64,000 bases of DNA from Longimicrobiales bacterium (GCA_965248195.1 CBDFIQ010000001.1:224001-288000); one strand, 5' to 3'; positions 1-9,649 are shown, counted from the stretch's first letter. Notes: a model not told the origin generated them from the sequence alone. Program-made: numbers and translations.

Positions 1-20
1 GGGAGTACGGACGTACAACA

Positions 21-37
21 CTGGAGTTTTCCCCTAC
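21..37. promoter_or_regulatory. Degenerate copy of 17-bp palindromic operator (CTGGAGTTTTCCCCTAC)
   Basis: Right half matches the GTRGGGAA-W-TTCCCYAC motif seen at 283, 3281, 6338, 9530 and 9650. Confidence 0.4.
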
Positions 38-282
38 AAGCGCAGCCTCGTCCCTTAGCTACTCCAGAGAGCCGCTGGTGCATGGCTCCTGATTTAGGTT
101 GATGGGACGCAGAGCCCCAGACCCGGAGTCAGCACCCGTCCGACTGAGCTCGTGTCAGCTCCGATGGCCGAAGGCGAGTGAATCGTTGGGTTCCCCCGCG
201 ACGGAGCGAGCGTCGAGCTGCTCTGACGGCGACTCCTCTACAGCACCCTGCTCACGCCCGAGCGCGATGACCCCATATCGCC

Positions 283-299
283 GTGGGGAAATTCCCCAC
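283..299. promoter_or_regulatory. 17-bp palindromic operator GTGGGGAA-A-TTCCCCAC
   Basis: Perfect 8-1-8 inverted repeat in non-coding DNA; recurs near other promoters of the locus. Confidence 0.65.
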
Positions 300-628
300 A
301 AATCGCTAGGTAACACGCCCTACAGTGTGCTCTGCGCCATACTCGTATCATTGGGACGTGAAAAATGCTTCGCTCCCCTAGAGCGAAGGACCGGGAGCAC
401 CTCTCTGGTAGGTAGAGGCTGTAGTTGGCCCGGGGTTCAGAAGGTTGCGTTGCGAGTTGGCGGGACTCCACGTGACTGAATGAGTCCCCGGGCCGCACTT
501 CTTTTGTGGGACTGAGTAGGAAGTGCCACCGACCGATTGCCCCTGCCCCTCGTATTGGCCGAGGTCGCTCCCGGCGGCCCCAACTCCCGGCCGACGGCTC
601 GATCTATCGGTCGCGGCCGAGACGCGCG

Positions 629-1114
629 CTAAACGTCGTGAGGGTGATAGACTAGAGTCGGGATCTGAGCGCCCCGAATGACCTTGTCCGTAACGCTGCC
701 GAGTACGAGCCGGGACACCCCACCTCGTCCGTGCGTGGACATCGCGATGAGATCGGCCCCGGTCTGCTCGGCGAATTGTAAGATCGCCGCGGCTGGCTCC
801 CTGTCGGTGACGATGTGCCCAGTGGCGGGAATCCCGCGCTCGGTCAGCGTCGACGCCTCTGCTTCCACATTCTCCACGGCTGCGGTCCGACCTCTCTCGA
901 GCACGTCGGCGTTCACCTGAACCGTGTGAGGGAGGTACGAGGAGGCGTAATCTTTTGGATACGGGTAAACCCTCAGGATGTCGAATTCCGTCTCACCGTT
1001 GCCGGCCAAAGCCACCGCATGAGTGAGAATCGCTTCACTCTCGTCCGAGCCGTCGATCGGAACGAGCACCCTTCGGGGATTGAAGTCCGGCTTGGTCCCG
1101 GGTGCTTCCTCGCA
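629..1114 (-). pseudogene. Universal stress protein (tandem USP domains), 3' part, separated by IS3 insertion
   Basis: RRVLVPIDGS...ADLIAMSTHGRGGVSRLVLGSVTDKVIR USP motif; joins in frame to 2685-3095 when the IS is removed. Confidence 0.9.
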
Positions 1115-1155
1115 GCGGAACCTGTCAACGACAATGGGACACTCTACGGGATTAA

Positions 1156-2163
1156 TTAGAGAGCAATATCCTGTGTGGTGAGGGAAGGGATGGGAGGATT
1201 GATGTAGACGGCCTCCGGGAGCGGTTTGGGCTTCGGCACACCTGTGACGAAGCGTTCGGGATGAGCGGCCCATGCTTCGCGGAGCACGGATTTCCTGCCG
1301 GCAATGACCTGATCGGCGTTCCCGAAGTGGACCTGCTCGGGGGTTAGCATCGAGATACCGCCATGGCGGTGCTCGGCATTGTACCAGCGGAAGAACGATC
1401 GACACAACGTCTTGGCCTGGCCCTGATCCCCGAACCGCCCGGGAAACGAGGGATGGTACTTCAAGGTTTTGAACTGAGCCTCGGAAAACGGGTTGTCATC
1501 CGACACCTGAGGCCGGCTCAACGAGCGAGTCACGCCGAGGTCAGCGAGAAGTTGAGCGGTGCATTGGCTCGTCATTGGAGCTCCCCGATCCGAGTGCAGG
1601 GTCAGGACCCGGGGCTGGACGCCATGCTTCAGGCAGCTCTGCTGGATCAACCGGCCGGCCAGGGCCGAGTTCTCCCGGTCCGCCACCATCCAGCCCACGA
1701 CGTAGCGGCTGTAGATGTCCATGATGACGTAGAGGTAGTAATAGCTCCACTTCTTCGGCCCGAGTAGCCGCGTGATATCCCAGGACCACACCTGGTTCGG
1801 CGCCGTGGCCATCAACTCGGGCTTCTTGTACTCGGGATGGGTGCGCTGCGCCCGGCGTTCCTGAACCAGCACCTCGGAGGCCAGAACACGATACATCGTG
1901 CGTTCGCTGCACAGGTAGACCTCTTCGTCGAGCAGCGTGGCCACCACCTCGGCGGGTGAGCGGTCCACGAACCGCTCCGAACACAGCGTGTCGAAGACCT
2001 CGCCTCGTTCCGTCTCGCTCAATGCCCGGGCGGGCGTCGGGCGGGGCTGCCGTTGCCCGGTCGATGGGCCTCGACGACGGTAGAACGTCGATCGGGAGAC
2101 CTCGAGAGCCGCGCACGCCGGTTTTACACCGACGTGCTTAGCCAGCTCATCGGCCGCCTTCAA
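1156..2163 (-). CDS. IS3-family transposase OrfB (integrase-core DDE)
   Basis: WSWDIT...DIYSRYVVGW...LHSDRG...DNPFSEAQFKTLK. Confidence 0.93.
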   Translation of the reverse strand: MKAADELAKHVGVKPACAALEVSRSTFYRRRGPSTGQRQPRPTPARALSETERGEVFDTLCSERFVDRSPAEVVATLLDEEVYLCSERTMYRVLASEVLVQERRAQRTHPEYKKPELMATAPNQVWSWDITRLLGPKKWSYYYLYVIMDIYSRYVVGWMVADRENSALAGRLIQQSCLKHGVQPRVLTLHSDRGAPMTSQCTAQLLADLGVTRSLSRPQVSDDNPFSEAQFKTLKYHPSFPGRFGDQGQAKTLCRSFFRWYNAEHRHGGISMLTPEQVHFGNADQVIAGRKSVLREAWAAHPERFVTGVPKPKPLPEAVYINPPIPSLTTQDIAL

Positions 2164-2609
2164 GAGTTCGTCCCGTCGTCGAGGCTTATCCCCAGCAGCC
2201 CCGCAACTTTTCCCTGCACGTCGATGATCAGGTGTGCCTTCCTGAGCTCATTCTCGAGCCGTGCGTTTTGCCGCTCCAGCTTGCGTACCTTCTCATCCAG
2301 CGGATTCCGCTCCGGCTTGCGGCCGCGTTTCTTCGACAGGGCCTTCAGCGACCCGCTATGCGCCGCCTTGCGCCACGTCGTCAGGTGCGACGAGTACAGG
2401 CCCTCGCGCCGCAGGAGCTGACCCACCTCGCCGGGCTCGGTGCACCGGTCCGCTTCTTCGACGATCCGCAGCTTGTACGATGGACTGAACCGCCGGCGTA
2501 GCGGCCTATCTACTACCTCCGGGTCCGCAGGAGCTGCCGCGCTTCGCTTGGCCTCCCCGATTCCAGGGGCACTACCATTCTCTTCCATTCTCTCTCGCAG
2601 TCCCAACAT
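2160..2609 (-). CDS. IS3-family transposase OrfA (HTH)
   Basis: RRRFSPSYKLRIV...LLRREGLYSSHLTTWR plus C-terminal coiled coil; 4-nt overlap with orfB. Confidence 0.88.
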   Translation of the reverse strand: MLGLRERMEENGSAPGIGEAKRSAAAPADPEVVDRPLRRRFSPSYKLRIVEEADRCTEPGEVGQLLRREGLYSSHLTTWRKAAHSGSLKALSKKRGRKPERNPLDEKVRKLERQNARLENELRKAHLIIDVQGKVAGLLGISLDDGTNS

Positions 2610-2684
2610 GTTCGTTTTCTCTGCCTTCGCCCTACTCTAATTCTTTGCGTGCTCCGTGTCTCACGTACGTTGGCAGAGAGGGCA

Positions 2685-3095
2685 GGGGCGCAGGAGCAGA
2701 ATGGGGATCGTGGACCGGCGTATGAGGCCGTCCGCCGTGCTCCCCAGCCAGAACCGCGACATCGGACCCCGCCCGTGCGTGGCCATAGCGACGAGATCGA
2801 CACCTCGTGCGGCTGCATGGTTCTGAATCGCCTCGGCCGGAGACCCTTTGAGCACTGTGGCGCGAACGGTGAAGCCGGCCTCTCTGTGGACTCGTTCGGC
2901 CACCTCCTCAACGTATTGTTCGAACCATCCGTATGAGGGCAACTCCAAGAGGTCGTGGGCCAACATAGATGGATCCGTCTGAACGGTGACGATCTCCAGT
3001 TGGGCTTTCCAACGGCGTGCGATCGTGAGTGCCGACGGGAGCGCAGACTCGGAGAACTCGGATCCGTCCAAAGGCACGAGAACGAGGTGCGACAT
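2685..3095 (-). pseudogene. Universal stress protein (tandem USP domains), 5' part
   Basis: AGGAGG RBS, MSHLVLVPLDGS...DLVAMATHGRG...LGSTADGLIR; ends at the IS border. Confidence 0.9.
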
Positions 3096-3280
3096 GACTA
3101 ACCTCCTTTCAAGAGACGAGGCCCGCGGTTTTCTGGGCGATGCTACAACCGCACTCGAAGGCAAACGGGACGCCTCTGTCAGGTTTTGCTGCACCACGCC
3201 TCCCTCCCGGCTACCTTAGGCTTTCGCTTAAGTTGCGGGCCCATCCGACGCGAGTCTGTCGGGATTCGGCGGAAGCCCCT

Positions 3281-3297
3281 GTGGGGAGTTTCTCCAC
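3281..3297. promoter_or_regulatory. 17-bp palindromic operator GTGGGGAG-T-TTCTCCAC
   Basis: Lies between the divergent usp and sensor-kinase genes. Confidence 0.55.
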
Positions 3298-3331
3298 CAT
3301 CACGGCGTCAGGCGCGAAGGAGAAGAAGCGC

Positions 3332-4390
3332 GTGAGCGACGGACCCTCCGCAGAGGAGTCGGTGTCCAGCACGGTGCTCGACTATCGGGCCGTGTTCGAG
3401 TCTGCGCCGGACGGGATCGTTGTCGTTAACGACGAGGGTCGAATTGTCGAGGTGAATCCGTGTGTTTTGAAACAGTTCGGATACACCGCGGGGGAGCTGA
3501 TCGGTGAACCGGTGGAGATTCTGGTGCCTGAATCCCAGCGCCGGGCGCATGAGCGGTATCGGGGCCGCTTTCAGGCCGAGCCGGCTTCTCGACCGATGGG
3601 AGCGGGACTCGTTCTGGTCGGCCGACGGAAGGATGGAAGTGGGTTTCCCGTGGAGATCAGTCTGAGCCCCTGGAAGACGAACGACGGGGACTTCGTGATC
3701 GGAGTGATCCGAGATCAGACAGAGCGCTCGCAGCTCCGCGCCTTCGGACGGGAGGCTCTGAGGGCGGCGGAGGAAGAACGCAGTCGCATTTCCCGAGAGC
3801 TCCACGATGACACCGCTCAACGACTCGCAGCGCTCCTCGTCCATCTTCGTCTCATTGGGCTGGAAGAGGCCGGTAAACGCCGCACGGCAATGATGGAGGC
3901 GCTCAGGGAGGGGCTCCAGGAGGCGGCCGAGGGGGTAAGGCGAATCGCGCGTGGCCTGAGACCTCCCGCACTGGAGGACGCGGGCGTCGTGGCGGCGTTA
4001 CAAGCTCACATCCGTGATTTGTTCGAGAACCAAACGATACGAACGTCCTTCGATGCGGGCGCCGTGGACCAACTCCTCAACGAGGATGGGAAGCTGGTTT
4101 TGTACCGGGTAGTGCAGGAGGCTCTTTCGAACGTCGTGCGGCACTCGAGGGCTACAGTGGTGAATGTTACCGTCCATGCGGAAGGGAGTGCAGTCGTCGC
4201 CGTGGTGGAGGACGACGGCGACGGGTTCGACGGCAGGACGGTCGGCGAGGGGGCTGGACTCGGCCTGCTGGGGATGAAAGAACGGGCTGCCAGCGCCAGC
4301 GGTTCGGTGCTGGTCGAGAGCGCACCGGGAAGTGGGACGCGAGTTCAACTCAGAATTCCACAAAAGCCTGGAGAGGGGATGGATGGCTGA
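3332..4390 (+). CDS. Cytoplasmic PAS-domain sensor histidine kinase (FixL-like PAS + HisKA_3 + HATPase)
   Basis: PAS: FESAPDGIVVVN...HERY...GRRKDGSGFPVEISLS; H-box ERSRISRELHD; QEALSNVVRH, DDGDGF, GLGLLGMKER; GTG start after AAGGAG. Confidence 0.92.
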   Translation: MSDGPSAEESVSSTVLDYRAVFESAPDGIVVVNDEGRIVEVNPCVLKQFGYTAGELIGEPVEILVPESQRRAHERYRGRFQAEPASRPMGAGLVLVGRRKDGSGFPVEISLSPWKTNDGDFVIGVIRDQTERSQLRAFGREALRAAEEERSRISRELHDDTAQRLAALLVHLRLIGLEEAGKRRTAMMEALREGLQEAAEGVRRIARGLRPPALEDAGVVAALQAHIRDLFENQTIRTSFDAGAVDQLLNEDGKLVLYRVVQEALSNVVRHSRATVVNVTVHAEGSAVVAVVEDDGDGFDGRTVGEGAGLGLLGMKERAASASGSVLVESAPGSGTRVQLRIPQKPGEGMDG

Positions 4391-5036
4391 GACCACAAGG
4401 ATATTGATCGCGGACGACCACGCCATGTTTCGTGCGGGTATTCGTGCGCTCCTCGAGAGTGAGCCTTTGTTGGAAGTCGTGGGGGAAGTTTCTACGGGAG
4501 ACGACGCGGTCGATCAGGCGCGAATCCTCAAGCCGCATGTGGTGCTCATGGATCTCTCGATGCCGGGGTCGAGCGGACTCGAGGCGACACGCAGAATCGC
4601 AGCCTTGAACTTGGATACCAAAATTCTCGTGCTGACGGCGCATGCGGAAGAGGAATACCTCGTGCCGGTCGTGGACGCCGGCGCGAGTGGTTATCTCACC
4701 AAGAACAGCGCCGACACCGACTTGATCGAGGCCGTGAAGGTGGTGGCCAGAGGACAGGTCTATCTACCTCCGAAGGCCGCCACTCTCCTCCTGAAGCGCT
4801 ACAAGGTGTCCGATGAGGGGGACGACCCAGGTCTGCATAGCTTGAGCTCCCGAGAGCAGGAAGTGCTCGCGCTTACTGCAGAGGGCTTCAGCTCGCGGGA
4901 GATCGGAAAGAAGCTGTTCATCTCTCCGAAGACGGTCGACACCTACCGGGCAAGAATCACGGAAAAGCTGGGATTGACCCACCGATCCGAGTTGGTGCGG
5001 TTCGCTTTGCGGGTGGGACTACTCTCCGAGCTGTAG
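4383..5036 (+). CDS. NarL/LuxR-family DNA-binding response regulator
   Basis: IADDH...VLMDLSMPG receiver; LSSREQEVL...IGKKLFISPKTVDTYR LuxR HTH; overlaps the kinase stop. Confidence 0.95.
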   Translation: MAETTRILIADDHAMFRAGIRALLESEPLLEVVGEVSTGDDAVDQARILKPHVVLMDLSMPGSSGLEATRRIAALNLDTKILVLTAHAEEEYLVPVVDAGASGYLTKNSADTDLIEAVKVVARGQVYLPPKAATLLLKRYKVSDEGDDPGLHSLSSREQEVLALTAEGFSSREIGKKLFISPKTVDTYRARITEKLGLTHRSELVRFALRVGLLSEL

Positions 5037-5073
5037 CTCAGCAGAGCTGCGGTCCAGTGGGCATCTCGGATAG

Positions 5074-5098
5074 ACGGGGACCGACGGTCGGTCCCCGT
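5074..5098. terminator. GC-rich hairpin between convergent genes
   Basis: ACGGGGACCGAC-G-GTCGGTCCCCGT inverted repeat; no clear U-tract. Confidence 0.5.
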
Positions 5099-5113
5099 GT
5101 CTCGAGAGGCCCG

Positions 5114-6181
5114 CTAATCCGTGATCAGTCTCGGGTCGGCGTTGAAGATCAGCGGCCGGTCGTCCCCGGTCACCTCGATCAGGCCCAGGGCTCCCTTGTC
5201 GGTGGCCCGAAAAATGGAGTGGTCCACCATGATGAAGGTGCCGGGCACTTCCACCCTGAACTCGGCGATCGTCGCACCACCCGCGGGGACAAGCGTCGTC
5301 TGCACGTTGTGAGTGGGGGTGGACCCGCCCTCCGTGTACACATTGTCGAAGATCTCCCCGATCACGTGGAAGCTGGACACGAGGTTCGGTCCGCCATTCC
5401 CGACGAACAGCCGGATGGTCTCACCCGTCTTCGCGGTCAGCGCCCCATCTCCCTTGAGTGACCCGACCGCACCGTTGAAGACCACGTAGGTGGGGTTCTC
5501 CGCGAGTGCTTTTTGGTAGCTGAAGGCCTGGTGGCCCTTCTCGCCGACACTGCCCTGCGTGTAGAACTCACCCTGCATCACGTAGTACTCGTGGTCCACC
5601 GGTTCGAGACCGCCCTCGGGCTCGACGAGGATCAAGCCGTACATCCCGTTGGCGATGTGCATCCCGATGGAGGGCGTGGCGCAGTGGTAGACGTAGAGTC
5701 CGGGATTCATGGCGGTGAAGCTGAACACGGATTCGTTGCCTGGCATGGTGAAGGTGGCCTTGGCCCCGCCGCCCGGACCGGTCACTGCGTGTAGGTCGAT
5801 GTTGTGCGGAACGATGCTGGTTTCGTGATTTCGGAGGTGGAATTCCACCAGGTCGCCCTCACGGACCCGTAGGAAGTTGCCGGGTACGGTCCCACCGAAG
5901 GTCCAGAACGTGTAGTCCACTCCGTCGGCGATCGGCCTGGTGGTCTCCACGACCTCCAGATTGATGACCACCTTGGTGGCGTGGTCTCGTGTGATCGGCG
6001 GGGGAAGGTTCGGGGGCGCCACGAGAACTGCCGCTTCTACTCCGCGGATCTCCGGCGTGGTGCGAACCGGGATGGTGGCGTCGTCGCTTGAAGGGATAAG
6101 GATCGCTCCAGCCGCTAAGGCGATCAGGCCGATGGCAGCGAGCGTCTTCTGTATAGGGCCAGTATGGCTTTTCGTGCTCAT
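5114..6181 (-). CDS. nirK: Copper-containing nitrite reductase (AniA-like NirK), exported
   Basis: [37 protein letters not shown] type-1/type-2 Cu ligand motifs; N-terminal hydrophobic signal; RBS before MSTKSH. Confidence 0.95.
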   Translation of the reverse strand: MSTKSHTGPIQKTLAAIGLIALAAGAILIPSSDDATIPVRTTPEIRGVEAAVLVAPPNLPPPITRDHATKVVINLEVVETTRPIADGVDYTFWTFGGTVPGNFLRVREGDLVEFHLRNHETSIVPHNIDLHAVTGPGGGAKATFTMPGNESVFSFTAMNPGLYVYHCATPSIGMHIANGMYGLILVEPEGGLEPVDHEYYVMQGEFYTQGSVGEKGHQAFSYQKALAENPTYVVFNGAVGSLKGDGALTAKTGETIRLFVGNGGPNLVSSFHVIGEIFDNVYTEGGSTPTHNVQTTLVPAGGATIAEFRVEVPGTFIMVDHSIFRATDKGALGLIEVTGDDRPLIFNADPRLITD

Positions 6182-6337
6182 GGTTTCATCTCCCTCGGTT
6201 ATTCGGCGGTTTTTCGAAAACATCGGATCGTCAGTGAAGGAATATTGATTTGTGCATGTGTATAAGATTGCCCAGGGAGGGTTTTTTCGAAGTCGGGAAA
6301 AGGGGTGTGGAGGATGTAGTCGAGTCGGGCACGGCGC

Positions 6338-6354
6338 GTAGGGAGTTTCCCTAT
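6338..6354. promoter_or_regulatory. 17-bp palindromic operator GTAGGGAG-T-TTCCCTAT upstream of nirK
   Basis: Matches the locus motif, ~160 nt upstream of the nirK start. Confidence 0.6.
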
Positions 6355-6394
6355 GGTTGGTGGAACCCATCCCGGATGTTCGTGCTCGATGAGG

Positions 6395-6474
6395 TCGCCT
6401 TCTCGCGGTCGTTGTCCCGTATTCCGCGGATGCCGTCGCCCTCCTCGAACCCATGAGGCCGGCCCGGAATCTTG
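6395..6474 (-). repeat. 80-bp copy of two separate segments of the porin gene (8809-8860 and 8978-9005)
   Basis: 51/52 and 27/28 identical, same orientation, 117-nt middle part absent. Confidence 0.9.
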
Positions 6475-6481
6475 CGGCTCC

Positions 6482-7705
6482 TCAGAAAACGACGCTCGTC
6501 ATCACATAGGTGAACGTGTAGTGCCCTTCGTCACGGCCGATGTCGGCCAGGCCACGGCGACCCCATACATATGACAATCCGCCGGTCAGCTTCAGCGCGG
6601 AGTTGACGTCATAGGAGAGCGTGATGTCGATCTCCTCGGCCAACCTTGCCGTCCCGAGCCCACTCCCCTCCGCCACCCGGAAGGCGTGAAAATCTGCTCC
6701 GATGCTCATCCCGGCGGGAGCGTCGAGGCTCCATTTCAGCGCGAGGTCCCGCAGGCCCCTTCCTCCGGTGTCCCTGGGGATGTTCAGGAACAGGTCGGCG
6801 AAGCCGTAGAACTTGTGGTTCGTGGCGAAGAGGGTCTCGAAGGCTCGGATGGTGCCGTCGCTTGGGACGGCGTCCCCCGACAAGTGGTCATACCAGAGTG
6901 ATAGATCGCCGAACGGCTGGGGCAGTGCATGCCCCAGGCGTATCCCGAACATCCAGGCGCGCACCCGCTTGCCGGATCGCTGACCGAGCTGTGCCGCGCC
7001 TTCCACGCGATAAGCCAGGGACCCGAGCCTCCCGTGTGTGCGCAGACCGGAAGTCCACTGGTGCGTGTCGGCGGGACGCGACCGCGAGAGGAATCCGAAC
7101 GTGTCCAGGTTGTGGCTGCCCCCGGATGCGACGGCATAGACACCGAGGAGAGACGAGTCCCCCACCCGGTCGCCGGCTCCTTCGGTCAGTTGGGCGCCGA
7201 ACACGTCGATGGTGAGGGCAGGGGTCCGAAGCGTAGTCCGGACCGCATCGAAAGAGCGGCCCTGCTGTGCCCACCCCACCGCACCGATCAGTCGCTCACC
7301 CGCGAAGGCGATCTCCTGCCGTCCGATGCGGGCCGACCATTGCTCGTTCAGGGTCACGTCAAAGAATCCTTGATGGAGGTCCAGGTTGTCGGCGCTGAAG
7401 TCGGCCAGAGTGCTCTGCTCCTCCCCCCATGTCCGCACGTCCTGGAACTCGGCGACGATTCTGACGGGTGGCTCCGGACGTGCTTCGACCCTGATCCGGA
7501 GGCGCATCGTCGTCAGTTCATACGACGGCCGGACGGGTGCGGTGTGCGTCTCGACACGCGGCCGGATCTGACCGCTCACCGAGATCTCTTGACCAGCCAT
7601 CCCAGGCGGGAGGCCGGCCATTAGCAGGCCAAGCAGCAAAGCTCGCCGGAGCGACACTGAGTAATGCCCCGGAGTCCTCGACTGTCCGACGACTTGATTC
7701 GCCAT
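6482..7705 (-). CDS. Alginate-export-family outer-membrane beta-barrel
   Basis: Signal peptide; SGQIRPRVE, IGRQEIAF..ERLIGAVGWAQQGRSFD, LFATNHKFYGFAD; C-terminal aromatic residue. Confidence 0.8.
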   Translation of the reverse strand: MANQVVGQSRTPGHYSVSLRRALLLGLLMAGLPPGMAGQEISVSGQIRPRVETHTAPVRPSYELTTMRLRIRVEARPEPPVRIVAEFQDVRTWGEEQSTLADFSADNLDLHQGFFDVTLNEQWSARIGRQEIAFAGERLIGAVGWAQQGRSFDAVRTTLRTPALTIDVFGAQLTEGAGDRVGDSSLLGVYAVASGGSHNLDTFGFLSRSRPADTHQWTSGLRTHGRLGSLAYRVEGAAQLGQRSGKRVRAWMFGIRLGHALPQPFGDLSLWYDHLSGDAVPSDGTIRAFETLFATNHKFYGFADLFLNIPRDTGGRGLRDLALKWSLDAPAGMSIGADFHAFRVAEGSGLGTARLAEEIDITLSYDVNSALKLTGGLSYVWGRRGLADIGRDEGHYTFTYVMTSVVF

Positions 7706-7708
7706 CGC

Positions 7709-8314
7709 TCAACGGTTCACTTCGCCCAGCTCCAGTAGGTAGCCGGCTAGCGCCCAGATCTCCTCCACAGAAATCGCACCGGCGAACGGCGGCATCGCGT
7801 TCTTACCATCCGTGATCGCAGCGACTACCTGGTCGAGGGTTCGTGAGGTGGCGAAGGCTGTGTCGGTGAAGTCGGTGGGCTTGGGATTATAGGCTACCGC
7901 CGCGACCCCGTCCCCCTTGCCGGACGCACCGTGACACACTTTGCACTGGCTCTTGTATACATCGGCCGGCTCCGTCACGCCCGGAGCGACTTCGATGAGG
8001 CTGGCGACCCGGATGATCTCCGCCTGTTCGAGTTCCTCGAGTGCGGCCACTCTGCGCGCGGTACTCTTGAGAAAATCGATGACCGCGGTAGCCTCCGCCG
8101 AGGTCAACCGGGCGGTGATCGCCATGTGCAGGCCGATGTCCTCCCAGGCCTTCGCGTCGTAGCGATTCGTCGGTTGGATGAGGTGACACCTGCCACAGTT
8201 AGCTCCCCAAATCTCAGCGCCGGCCCGTTGACCCTCGAGGGGTGACACGAGGGCTATCGCGGTCACTATCAGCAGTCCTAGGGCTTTCACACCCGAGATG
8301 ACATTGTGATACAT
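7709..8314 (-). CDS. Exported di-haem c-type cytochrome
   Basis: Signal peptide; CGRCH and CKVCH motifs; candidate distal Met in HMA and AMPPF. Confidence 0.88.
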   Translation of the reverse strand: MYHNVISGVKALGLLIVTAIALVSPLEGQRAGAEIWGANCGRCHLIQPTNRYDAKAWEDIGLHMAITARLTSAEATAVIDFLKSTARRVAALEELEQAEIIRVASLIEVAPGVTEPADVYKSQCKVCHGASGKGDGVAAVAYNPKPTDFTDTAFATSRTLDQVVAAITDGKNAMPPFAGAISVEEIWALAGYLLELGEVNR

Positions 8315-8332
8315 GATTGGCTCCTTCTTCCC

Positions 8333-9379
8333 CTAGAGGATGACGTTGAACTGAAGGATCAGGCCGTTGTTCTCCGTTTCGAAGCCGGCCTTCTCGGTGT
8401 TGATGATGAACGCCGCTCTGATCGCGGCGGCCGGCGTCACGTACACGCTTGCCCCGATCGCGAAACGCCCGAGATCATCCTGGGTGCCTCCCGGCATGTT
8501 GCGGGCGCTCCAGCGCACGGCGGGTTCGAACCGTGAGCCCACCATGTACGAAGCCTGGACGTAGCCACCCGTCTTCTTGAGATCCTTACCCGTGATTTCC
8601 TGCGTGGCGTGGACGACCTCGCCCCGCACCGTGAAGCCATTGGTCTGATAGCTCGCGTCTACCCCGTAGAGGTTCAGTCCCAGGCTCTCGGCGGTCGCGG
8701 ATTCAGCGTATTTGCCCGTGTAAATCGACGTCCCGATGTCGAATCCAGCGTACGGAAACTCCACGCCGATACGTGCGCCCACAGCCTTGTTACCGTCACG
8801 GCCGAAGCTCGCCTTCTCGCGGTCGTTGTCCCGCATTCCGCGGATGCCGTCGCCCTCCTCACCGAGAAGACCATTCACTGCATAAGCATCCCAGACGAAT
8901 CTGCCGTCGTCGTTGATGCTCGAGGCTCCGCTCAACCAAAGACCCACGTCGTTGTAGGTCTGCGGAAGGATATCCCGGAACCCATGAGGCCGGCCCGGAA
9001 CCTTGTTGACCGTGGTGGGATGTAGATCCTTGTTGAAGCGTCCGAAGGGAATGATGAACTTCCCGGCCAAAATCCGAACGTCCTTCAACCCCGTGTATCC
9101 GAAGTAGCCGTATTCCATCGCGATTTCCTCACCGGCGTGTTCGTATTCGATCTCGAACGCCGCGAAGAGGTCATCCACGAGGGAGCCGACCATGATCAGA
9201 TTGAAGTGATGATTGTCGAAGTAGAAATCCTGGTCGCTGCCGTCGAGATTATTCACGACGGCTTCGAAGTCGGCGTAGCCGGATACCGTTAGGCCTTGAC
9301 CCAGGACCACTGCGGGCGAGCCTATGAACATCGCCGTCAGCACCCCTGACACGATTCCCGCTGTAAGTATCTTGGGCAT
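8333..9379 (-). CDS. Outer-membrane beta-barrel (porin-like)
   Basis: Signal peptide; SGYADF, FEIEYEH, AGKFIIPFG, alternating beta-strand pattern. Confidence 0.75.
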   Translation of the reverse strand: MPKILTAGIVSGVLTAMFIGSPAVVLGQGLTVSGYADFEAVVNNLDGSDQDFYFDNHHFNLIMVGSLVDDLFAAFEIEYEHAGEEIAMEYGYFGYTGLKDVRILAGKFIIPFGRFNKDLHPTTVNKVPGRPHGFRDILPQTYNDVGLWLSGASSINDDGRFVWDAYAVNGLLGEEGDGIRGMRDNDREKASFGRDGNKAVGARIGVEFPYAGFDIGTSIYTGKYAESATAESLGLNLYGVDASYQTNGFTVRGEVVHATQEITGKDLKKTGGYVQASYMVGSRFEPAVRWSARNMPGGTQDDLGRFAIGASVYVTPAAAIRAAFIINTEKAGFETENNGLILQFNVIL

Positions 9380-9529
9380 CGTTTGCTCCTTCTCCCGAAA
9401 GTGAACGGAGTACGACTCGGACGTCCTTTCTAGCCGTTTGCTCGGCCCGCCCTTGCCGTGCGTTTGCCTGGTGATGAAGCATTGGCTTCGCGCCGAAACC
9501 TGTCTGTAGGGCTTAGGGACGCTCCATCC

Positions 9530-9546
9530 GTGGGGAATTTCCCGAT
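9530..9546. promoter_or_regulatory. 17-bp operator GTGGGGAA-T-TTCCCGAT
   Basis: In the divergent promoter region upstream of the porin operon. Confidence 0.55.
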
Positions 9547-9649
9547 CACCATGTAAGGGACCGGCGACCGATCAGGGGGTGTCGCGGATACCATGCGATA
9601 ACGAGGGAGGGCCGAACGAGGCTCCGGCGGCCTTGGGCCGCTCCTGCTT

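Larger units (their letters stand above)
1114..2684 (-). mobile_element. IS3-family insertion sequence (~1.57 kb)
   Basis: orfA/orfB pair; imperfect terminal inverted repeats (TGTCAACGACAATGGGACAC at 1123-1142 vs reverse complement TGCCAACGTACGTGAGACAC at 2656-2675); GCA at both 1112-1114 and 2682-2684; exact ends uncertain by ~3 nt. Confidence 0.88.

Noticed and set aside
1..83. Minus-strand ATG with AGGAG RBS reading MHQRLSGVAKGRGCACRGKLQCC off the window edge
   Set aside because: No recognisable family, overlaps an operator copy, and cannot be judged at the edge
6244..6270. FNR- or NsrR-like site upstream of nirK (TTGATTTGTGCATG)
   Set aside because: Only one FNR half-site (TTGAT), and the Rrf2-like symmetry is weak
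6395..6474. DGR template repeat (both mismatches are A in the non-coding copy)
   Set aside because: Only two mismatches, both ordinary G-to-A transitions; the copy has an internal deletion; no reverse transcriptase in the window
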